A stretch of DNA of 64,000 nucleotides from Obrimoposthia wandeli (lineage: Eukaryota): NCBI GenBank assembly GCA_977020255.1, contig CDROCS010005690.1, forward strand, positions 62,001 to 126,000, in the 5' to 3' direction. This document shows positions 9,528 to 18,516 of the stretch, in pieces (position 1 is the first letter of the stretch; each line of letters starts with the position of its first letter). The translations under genes and the position numbers were made by a program. The notes below the pieces were generated by a model. The model had not been told where the DNA came from. It saw only the letters and a list, made by a program, of their open reading frames with translations, and did not search any database.

Positions 9528-11096
9528 CCCTGATGCCTGTTGCATTCCTATGAACATTACTAACATCATCATCATCATCGTTGTGGAAATATTTGGTTGA
9601 TTGTTTCTTTCTTTCGGACGGTATTGTTTATTTTCCCTTTGACGATTCTCATGACATTGTTCGTCATCGTTTTCGTTCATTTCCACAATGGTTTTAGCGT
9701 AGTCACTTAATTTTGCCCAACCTCCGTTTTCGTCAATTCGTCTCTGCAATACATTCTCGATCAAATACATCGCTTCATTTATTCCTTGTTTGACTTCGTG
9801 AGGTTGGCTCGTTCGTTCCGTCAATTGGAAACATAGATATGTGATTGCTGTAATTAACTTTTTATTTGTAGTCTGGTTTCCACATAATCTCGCTAAAACT
9901 TCACCGTCATAAAATCTATCTATTGATGCATGGTATACATGATTCGCAGTCATTCTCTTTACTGCAGACATTTGTGATCTAACTGCTTTGGTCAAATTGT
10001 CTGTTATATCGGTTGTTTCATCTTTGTACATTTTGAACAACTTCGGCTTCACTTGCCTGAGAATTCCCGTAAGTATATCTTTACTACTTGGCGCTTCCGA
10101 ATTCATATCACCTCTGATATCTTCATTTCGCTCCGTACTATACTGCTCCAATGACGCTGCTAGCTGTCCAATGCTTAGATGTCTCTCCTCATCAGTTTGT
10201 GGTGCAGTTAGAACATTTCGTAATATACTTCCGTCCTTTCTAGGTCTTCCAGGTCCTCTTCGAAAATACTGATACTCAGTTTGATTCTCTCCTGGATCAT
10301 ATGGTTCACCATTATACTGTATCTCTTGACTTGGTCCTTCTTCATGGCCAATCTCTTCGTTTTGTCGCATCATCTGCTCTGCTTGTCTATCTCTGTATGC
10401 AGCATGCCAAATTGGTGAATCCAAATCTACAATTTCGGAGATTTCGTCTTCTCCTACTAGTTGGGTTACGTTTTCGTTTTGTCTCACTTGGTTGGCTATA
10501 TCCGTGACTTCATCTTGTCCGGTTTGAATTATCTCTGGTTCTGGTGGTACTTCGACCACCGGAGTCGTCAACTCATTTTCTAGTTCCACGTCTTGTAATT
10601 CAGCTACGTACGGTTCTGGTGTGGATGTCTTGTTCCAAGCTTCAGCTACATCATTATCTCCGCTTTCGCTTGAACTGTCTAAAATTTCTATAGGCGTTTT
10701 TATCATTTCTAATGCAGAGTTTAATATCTCCGTTAATCCTTCATTATCTACTAACTCTTGACGTCCTACAGTGATGACATCAATTTTTTCCTCTAATTCA
10801 TTTCCTATCGGATATCCACACTCGACTGGTACGTCCTCATCATCTAGTGATCTCCCTTTATAATGGAACAACATATTCATTTCATCAATTTCAAGTTTCT
10901 CGGCCAACTTTTTTCGAATAGTTTTCATCGTTTGATACACGTTAAGTTTTTCATGTATTATCTGTCCGGAAATTAATCGAAGAGAAATTTTCATCGTTCC
11001 TTTTTGGTTTGATCTCTGCACGTAACGACCATATCCTTTCAATAATCCTCGTGATACTTCTTTGTAACCCAAGTTATCATGACTATGTTTAACCAA
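9213..11096 (-). CDS. Ubiquitin/SUMO-like domain - AT-hook - Bcl-2-like domain - signal peptide - env N-terminus
   Basis: MKISLRLISGQII...LFHYKGRSLDDEDVP (UBL, ~10767-10994); RRGPGRPRK (AT-hook); YLIENVLQRRIDENGGWAKL (BH2-like); MMMMMLVMFIGMQQASG followed by LIAYDC. Confidence 0.8.
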   Translation of the reverse strand: MVKHSHDNLGYKEVSRGLLKGYGRYVQRSNQKGTMKISLRLISGQIIHEKLNVYQTMKTIRKKLAEKLEIDEMNMLFHYKGRSLDDEDVPVECGYPIGNELEEKIDVITVGRQELVDNEGLTEILNSALEMIKTPIEILDSSSESGDNDVAEAWNKTSTPEPYVAELQDVELENELTTPVVEVPPEPEIIQTGQDEVTDIANQVRQNENVTQLVGEDEISEIVDLDSPIWHAAYRDRQAEQMMRQNEEIGHEEGPSQEIQYNGEPYDPGENQTEYQYFRRGPGRPRKDGSILRNVLTAPQTDEERHLSIGQLAASLEQYSTERNEDIRGDMNSEAPSSKDILTGILRQVKPKLFKMYKDETTDITDNLTKAVRSQMSAVKRMTANHVYHASIDRFYDGEVLARLCGNQTTNKKLITAITYLCFQLTERTSQPHEVKQGINEAMYLIENVLQRRIDENGGWAKLSDYAKTIVEMNENDDEQCHENRQRENKQYRPKERNNQPNISTTMMMMMLVMFIGMQQASGLIAYDCSIPKMEKKYSLLDSEDCPESQPSKLEVKGIENYFVYQDVDKIQVEVKECSVHSSYHEFYSGHRSFMSEITPTKPYKPHEVFPRDCEDNDGLMDLVTEE

Positions 11097-11428
11097 TTCT
11101 GCTCCACTTCTTCCAATCTGTGCACTTTAATTGTTTGCAATTTGGCCAAAACTTCTGGAGCTTCACTCGTTTCATCTAACGGTTGATTCAACGTCTCCTT
11201 AGCTTCACTAATTATCTTTTTTACATTTTCCATACTCGTAGCATTTCTTGCTGCTTCTATGTGATCAGTCATAGGTTGTGCGTTACACGTTTTCTCTATT
11301 GGTGTCTCATACGCTTCTAGCATTCGGTTTATTAAATCATTCATCTCCTCTCTCGAGTGTAGACTTTTTCGTGTTTCGACAACGTAGATGAATTCGCCAT
11401 CTTTGTGTGTGTATATCAAATATATCAA
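11039..11428 (-). CDS. N-terminal ORF of the cargo region, unknown function; probably frameshift-linked to 9213-11096
   Basis: 129 aa helical-looking ORF overlapping the next ORF. A candidate ATG at 11400 would join this frame if a 2-nt AG duplication were removed. Confidence 0.45.
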   Translation of the reverse strand: MIYLIYTHKDGEFIYVVETRKSLHSREEMNDLINRMLEAYETPIEKTCNAQPMTDHIEAARNATSMENVKKIISEAKETLNQPLDETSEAPEVLAKLQTIKVHRLEEVEQNWLNIVMITWVTKKYHEDY

Positions 11429-11726
11429 TGCTTTTACACTTTCAAAAATACTTTACGACTTTATTTCACAATGTATCAATGCTTTTATATCTTCAAAATA
11501 CTTTACGACTTTTATTTCAATCAATACTTTTATATCTTCAAAATACTTTACCAATAGTTTCCTCTGACTCTCACCAATAGTACGTATGCTGGCCTCGTGT
11601 GCTGCTGATCCGTCCTCGATATGTTTCCTCGGATGTCAGTTGGCAGATTCCAGTTCGGAGGGCTGCTCGGTTTTCCGTAGGTTGACTTGTCAATACGGCG
11701 TTTTTCGATTCCGAATGTTGTGAAAT

Positions 11727-12165
11727 CTGAATTATCTGGCTGCACGTTTTGTTAGAACTCTGAATTATCTGGCTCCACTTTTCGTTAAAACTCTGAATTA
11801 TCTGGCTCCACTTTTCGTTAAAATCTGAATTATCTGGCTGCACTTTTCGTTAGAACTCTGAATTATCTGGCTCCACTTTTCGTTAAAATCTGAATTATCT
11901 GGCTGCACGTTTTGTTAGAACTCTGAATTATCTGGCTCCACTTTTCGTTAAAACTCTGAATTATCTGGCTCCACTTTTCGTTAAAATCTGAATTATCTGG
12001 CTGCACTTTTCGTTAGAACTCTGAATTATCTGGCTCCACTTTTCGTTAAAATCTGAATTATCTGGCTGCACTTTTCGTTAGAACTCTGAATTATCTGGCT
12101 GCACTTTTCGTTAAAATCTGCCAAATCTGGCTGCACTTTTCGTTAGAACTGACAAATCTGGTCCT
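11727..12165. repeat. 32-33 bp tandem array (TCTGAATTATCTGGCT(G/C)CACTTTTCGTTA(G/A)AAC)
   Basis: About 12 intact and 2 degenerate units; 4 units in the left copy (248-379). Confidence 0.95.
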
Positions 12166-12177
12166 ATCGCGGGTCTT

Positions 12178-12211
12178 ATTTATACCCGTAGTGTATTGCC
12201 ACGCTTTTATA
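12178..12211 (-). promoter_or_regulatory. Candidate TATA boxes of the LTR promoter
   Basis: Minus-strand TATAAAA (12211-12205) and TATAAAT (12184-12178), ~800 bp upstream of the first ORF. Confidence 0.45.
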
Positions 12212-13021
12212 AGTGCTTTTTGTTTGCTGCAGAGATTCTACAAGAGTAAATAATGGATAATCTCAAATCCACTTTACCTCCGGTTTCCTAGACAGTCGCT
12301 GTCCAGACGCTAATGGACTTCCTGTTTGTTCCTCCGCGACTCAATTCCGCAGTCTACTTGCTGCTTGCTGTTCAGAGGTCCCGATCCCGTTAAGTGCTCT
12401 CTCAGACACTGCTAATGGGTTTCTGTTGTCGTAGCTCCCAGACTGCTAATGGGTTTCCAATGTACGACTAATTCGACTTTCCTATCCGCCCCTCCTCTCA
12501 ATAAACTTTTCGCAATAATTCTCTTAATTAGATTTTCGTTTTTCTTAATTGATTCTTGTTTTTTTGGGGCCCTTAATAATAATTTAACCTCCCATACATA
12601 CAGCGCACTACACACGACCTTCGTGGTCCTTAATATTCAATTTACCTTTTAATTTTAATAATTTAATTCTAATATTCAATTTTATTTAATTTATAACCTT
12701 GCTTTCAAGGATTCTTATTTCACTATAATTTCGATTAATTATTTTATTTTTATCAATTCCTAAACCTAACATATCTCGGGGGTTCTAAAAATGTTACGTC
12801 CCCGGAACGTATCGATTTTACTTTACTAGCCTCTGGGCTACTGATTTTAAGTTCATCCCTACTAATTCAAGCATTCAGTACTCATCAACATGCCTAATGT
12901 TTAACAAAATTCGGTTTTTTAGTTGTTAATATAGTGAATAATTTGGACAAAGTCTCAAATATTCACTAATTTATTATACACAAAAATGGCTTTATAGATA
13001 AAGGAAAGGAGTAGGAAAGGA

Positions 13022-13139
13022 AATTTAATCTAAAATCTTATATTCAATTTTATCTAATTTATAACCTTGCTTTCAAGGATTCTTATTTCACTATAATTTC
13101 GATTAATTATTTTATTTTTATCAATTCCTAAACCTAACA
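13022..13139 (-). repeat. Extra LTR-terminal fragment (118 bp)
   Basis: Matches 12661-12771, including the CCTTGCTTTCAAGG hairpin and AAACCTAACA end; flanked by ATAT (13140-13143). Confidence 0.9.
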
Positions 13140-13169
13140 ATATTACTGTTAATGTTTATAATATCAGAA

Positions 13170-13390
13170 AGAACAATAATGAACTAAATTGGATAATATA
13201 TATTGTTTCTGAATAATGGGACAATAAACTGTTTTGAATAATGATATTGGTTTCTGAATAATGGAACAATAAACTGTTTTGAATAATGATATTGGTTTCT
13301 GAATAATGGGACAATAAACTGTTTTGAATAATGATATTGGTTTCTGAATAATGAGACAATAAACTGTTTTGAATAATGATATTGGTTTAA
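13170..13390. repeat. 45-bp minisatellite
   Basis: About 4.5-5 copies of TGAATAATGATATTGGTTTCTGAATAATGGGACAATAAACTGTTT. Confidence 0.9.
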
Positions 13391-14349
13391 TGGCAATTCA
13401 AATTTCGTTTTGTTTTTTAAATAACATGTAGTGTTATTAGTTCAACGTTAGGAGACACATGTATTTTATACTGTGTCAGAGAAATCTCCAGCAGCAACAG
13501 ATTATCAGACGGTTGTGGGTTATAGAGAGGTACTTGGATAAGTGTATCTATGTTTGTGTGTCGTGATATTGCTATCGTCGCTGTTGGTTTCAGACGAAAA
13601 CTGAGGAAATGGCACGCAGTATTGTGCACCGACAGGATAGTGCCAGTCTGATTCCAGGTAGTAAATCTGGGCAGAGGGGAAATCCTTCACACACATATAC
13701 TTTCACAAAAACACAAGTGACCCAGTGAATAATGAGTGAGTAAGAGATTGATTGAGTGATTGAATACAGAGAGTAAGTGAGTGAGTAGATGCATGTCATG
13801 TCTGCTGTGTGAGTGTGTGTGTGTTATGTATTTGCGCACACCAACACCACATGTAAACGATATTCTTCGGCACATGAAAAGGGGAAATCTTTCCTTCTTT
13901 TCTCTGACTTTTTACCATTATCATTGTTATCTCTGGCTTCGCGGAATCCACTGCGAAGTCAGAGATAACAAGCCACCTCCATGAAGAGCCCGGCAGGGCG
14001 AAATGGTTTTTTTCCCGTCGGATATTGATCACTCCAAAACCAAAATGCCAAAGTGCATATTTTATTTAACTAGAACTTTTCCCTAATTAAGGAAAGTTCT
14101 TAATTAATTAATTAATTAATTAATTCCCATTTTTTCTTAATTTTTATATCTTTCATTTTTTCAATAAATATTTAAAAGATATTCCCAACATTACTATCAT
14201 ACCTCTGAAGAACGCTAATCAAATAATAAATTATATTCACCAATTACTTTGTCACCTAAGAGTGCAAAAAGTTTATAACTATATGAAAGATAACTTCTAT
14301 TTGAAAAGATTGTTTCAAGAAATAAAAGAATGTATATAAAAATGTGTTT

Positions 14350-17101
14350 ATTGTGCTAAAAGAAAAATTGAAACAAGCAGATCAAAATAAATATATATTT
14401 TTAAAGTCAAAGAATATTTTTAGATCAAATAGTTGTTGATATAGCTCACAAGAAGATAGAAAGATCTAAAAATAAATATATGTTGGCAGTAATCGATCTA
14501 TTTTGTAAACTGTTATCACTATGAGCAACAACAAAAGAAGATAAAATAAAAATTACTAAAACACACTAGACAAATTGGATATATAAATTTGAAAACTTAA
14601 GAGTATTTTAACAGAACGAGGACGAATATTTACTGTAAATATATTTTCAGAATTGGCTATAAAAAATTTGTATTGAACAGGAGCTTACAGCACCATAAAA
14701 AGTGTTGGGGTTTCTATATGAAACTTATAGATCCTCTTGAATGTGGAGGGCCCTAACGTGAGTTCTATAGAAGCAGGTCTTAAGGATTGTTGTGGCCTAC
14801 TTAATGCTATGGTTGCCTGTCTCTATTCTTATCTGAAGGTTTGTTGTTTTGTCTTAATCTGAAGAGTTTAGAACAATGCTTCTAGTTGTAGGAAATCGTT
14901 TATTATTAACACACTAGACTAACACGAAGCAATACGTTTAAGTACGTATTTCTAAAAAGTTACAGTAAAATTCCTAAGACTTCCGTAAGTCTCTACACAA
15001 GTGGGGATGAACCACGTATCGATTTTAGTTTAGGTTTGCTTGGCGCTAGAGTCTTTACTCTAAAAATGCGGACAATTTTAGTTTATAGATTTTTACAGAG
15101 CTGTTGCTCTAAAATAGGGAATAAGTTTACAGAGCTGTTGCTCTAAAATTATGGCTTTTAACGAAAACTAGAGTCAATATTTTTCAATATAACTTTATAC
15201 CTTTTTCAAAACTAAATCAATACCTCAACACACTTTATATCTTTTTCACGAAAATTAGGATAAATACTTTTTCACGAAAATTAGGATAATTACTTCAATA
15301 TTACTTTATTCCTTTTTTCAAAACTAGAATCAATATTTCAAATATACTTTATATCTTTTTCACGAAAACTAAGATAATTACTTTTTCGCGAAAATGAGGA
15401 CAATTACTTCAATATTCCTTTTTCAAAACTAATATCAATATTTCAAATATACTTTATAGCGCTCACTTCTCACCTTTCTCAATCCGTGATATGATTTCGT
15501 CCGGTTGTGAGATTGGTACCGTGATGAGGGGAACCCTTTGTCCTCCGTATCCGCTGGAGCTCGTGCTCGTTGTCACTCGGATTGCTTTGTAACTCGTCTT
15601 GCGCTCTGAGATCTATTTAGCTCCTGTTTTAGGCGGCGGCTGAGTTGGTGTCTGCGAACCTTTATCGAAGCTGTGTTCCTCGATCCGATTTCCCAGATTT
15701 CTGCTTCCCGGTTTTCTTGAGTCAGCTAATTTGTGTTTGTGACTTTCTGACTTCTTCTTTTTATATGTTGTTCGGCTCCTAGACGAAAATTAACAATGCA
15801 CTTAATTCTAAGTGCTTCTTACTGGGATCTGGTTAATTGACTCCTGTCTGCTTCTAAGTGCGATTCCCGGCACTGAGTGATATCCGCCGCTTAGCTCCCA
15901 CGTGCGGCTAATGGACTCCTAATAGATTTTTCGTTGACTTTCTAAATTGTCCCACGTGTGACTAATGGACTTCCTAATAGATTTTCTGAATCTGCTGCTT
16001 AGCTCCCACGTGCGGCTAATGGACTTCCTAATAGATTTTCTGAAATAATTGATTGATTTCGTTTACTGTAATAATTACCTCCTTAATTGAATTTGCATGA
16101 TCGGACTTTTCTTCTTGTTTGTTAATCTCTTTTTTGGGGGCCTTTTGTTTCCAAACCTAACTTCTTATATACCCACGCATCTCACACGACCTTTGTGGTC
16201 CTTAAATATTTAATCTTATTTTAACTTTAATAATTTTAATTTCGATTTTAAAATTTATTTAATTCTAACCTTGCGCTTTCAAGGATTTTTATTTTACTAT
16301 AAAATCAATTAATTATTTAATTTTAGTCAAAACCTAATCCTAACAAAAGCATCAAGCTAACAGTTTAGCAGAATGAGTTATACGGTAAGATATATGATTG
16401 TTATGACAATAGCATCTACTAACAAAGTAAAATGGTGACACGATTTATTGCCACACATTGAATTTTCTATAAATGCAACAGTAAATAATTAATGAAAACA
16501 TTCACCGTTTGAGATCAATTATGAAAAAAAAGCATCAAGTGCAACAACAAACAATATAGAATATATTATTCAAATGTAAGGAAAAACCTACAAGTCTCAG
16601 CTGATAAGTTAGACAAATTAGTTAATGAAAAACAGAGGGAAAAGGATATTTGAAGTAAATGAAAAGGTGCTTTTTAAAAAGCACCCAATTAAAAGAAGCA
16701 AGAATGGTGACCAGTATGAAGGCCCATATAGAATAATATATTTTTTGAGTCCACGACTGTTATCAATTCAGTTTCCAAAATGAATTCTCCCCAGGACAAT
16801 CGAGTGACTGAAGAAGTGCAAGTTTGAATAGTGAAGGGGAGAGTTATGTAATCAGAAACCAGAAATAACTTATCGGGAATATTTGTTTATAAAAACTTAT
16901 GTAAACATGTATGATATAAACTGTGTAGTGGAATCTAATTTTTGAATTATGTTTACGATATAAAACATAACTGACTGAAAACATGGTTACTCTAAAACGG
17001 ATACCAAAAATCATATTATGAGAAACTAATATGTTCGGCTATTAATTAGGAATTGTCTAAACCTATATTGAAATCTCAGTCCCATATTTTTTAGAATTAC
17101 A
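14350..17101 (+). mobile_element. Degenerate Gypsy integrase region with PPT and 3' LTR, split by a solo LTR
   Basis: NKYMLAVIDLFCKL near 14480; P*K/HQANSLAE is restored across the insertion; PPT GAAGGGGAGAG at 16833-16843; LTR TGTAAT...ATTACA at 16847-17101. Confidence 0.7.
14703..16345 (-). mobile_element. Solo LTR (same superfamily as the cargo element)
   Basis: Termini TGTTGGGG...CCTAACA with 4-bp TSD AAAG (14699-14702 and 16346-16349). Shares ACGTATCGATTTT, GACC-TTTGT-GGTC and CCTTG-CGCTTT-CAAGG motifs with the element-1 repeats. Confidence 0.9.
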
Positions 17102-18129
17102 GTTCAAAAAGACTAAAAATTAAAATTTTTGACAAAAAAGTAGGCTTATTTCACAATATTTTAATGAATTTAATATGATCTTTTTTGCAAATCTTCAAAA
17201 CCCAAATCTATTATTTCTAATGAATTTTAAAATTACAATGGGTGTGTTGCCGCATACATAAAAGAGACAAAATGTTACTTTCATATTAGAGTTATGGAAC
17301 ATGGCCAGGTTTGTAGAAAGTCTTCTATCTTTAATAACCTGTTTTGTTGTGAATTCAGGAGTTAACATTTTTTTATTGATGAGTGTAGTCATTCATAAAA
17401 ATATAGGATTTAATTTGAAAAAACAACGTGTCATGCTTTATGTAAAAAATAATACAATAATCACAAAAGCTTCAAAATGCTAAAAATTAATTTAACATGA
17501 TTGAATAATCTCATTATTTTTATATTGCGCAATGCTTTGGTAAGTATATTTAATATCAGACATTCTCCTTTATGTCAGAACTGATGACGGTTTTCATTTC
17601 CAAAACATGTTTTTTAATTTTTAAATTATGGTTTTCTTATTTTTAACAAATTTGGATAATTTTATCATACTTAAAACGTTCTTTTCATTTTTTTTTTCAA
17701 TAATCTTTTAAAATAAATATATTAATGTTGTTAGTTAGATTACGAATTAATAATAAATTTAACAAAGAAATAATTACACCAAAATAATTAAAAAAATCAC
17801 CAAAAGTTAAATTACTTAATGAAAAATATTTTCTTTATGTTATACGGAAGTTTAAGACTAAATAATTTATTATATATATTATAATTTTTATAATTGATAA
17901 ATAAAATTTGAACAGAGTTAGTTTCTTTTATCGAGGTGTTTGAAAATATTAATGCGACCTTAGGTGGGCAATTTTTGAATTTGTAAAATAATTTCTTTTA
18001 AAAAAAATTTAAATCTGAAAAATTCGAATAATGTTAACAGTAATTAAAAATTCGTAATTAATGTATAATTTATTGTTAATAGAGATTGTGCAGTGCAATA
18101 TTTATGAAATTGTTATAAATTTTCCTTGA

Positions 18130-18516
18130 ATGGATAAATTTATTAAAAAGATCAATACAAGTCCATTGATACGAAAAAGAATAACAGCAGGAGATAATAG
18201 TATGCCGCATTTTCCCAAAACGTTTGGAGTTCCGCTCAAAAAACTTCTAGAGAGAGAAGATATTTCAAAAATACCTAATGTAGTTCTTATTATATGCAAC
18301 TTTCTTTTGCTGGACGGCATCGATACAGAGGGAATATTTCGTGTAAATGGAAATACAAAAGCTGTAGAGAGTATAAAAGCAATGTTTGAGGAACACCATT
18401 CTCCGAGCATGTCTAATTGTACGGATGTACACGCTGTCGCATCAGTGTTAAAGTGCTTTCTTCGAGAACTACCGGATGGCTTGGTTCCTGAGAAAATAAC
18501 GCTTCAGCTGTTTGAT
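18130..18516 (+). CDS. FAM13A: FAM13 exon 1 (RhoGAP N-half)
   Basis: FGVPL...EGIFRVNG (arginine finger present)...LRELPDGLVP; donor GTAAGT at 18517. Confidence 0.92.

Larger units (their letters stand above)
11420..12771 (-). repeat. LTR-like repeat, right copy
   Basis: Near-identical to 1-820 and begins TGTTAGG on the minus strand. The inner boundary near 11420 is approximate. Confidence 0.88.
1..13139 (-). mobile_element. LTR-bounded, RT-less cargo retroelement (env + protease + effector domains); left end runs out of the window
   Basis: 1-1070 is ~99% identical to 11437-13021 outside the tandem array and a 180-bp indel. The minus-strand terminus TGTTAGG recurs at 820, 12771 and 13139. 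All internal ORFs are on the minus strand. No RT (YxDD), RNase H or DDE integrase motifs were seen between the repeats. Confidence 0.85.

Noticed and set aside
1-13139. Polydnavirus or large DNA virus segment
   Set aside because: Retropepsin, retro-type env, TG...CA LTR termini and 4-bp TSDs in related solo LTRs point to an LTR retroelement; no DNA-virus core genes.
15514-15530. PBS-like TGGTACCGTGATGAGG
   Set aside because: Lies inside a solo LTR on the strand opposite the inferred LTR sense, not next to an LTR end.
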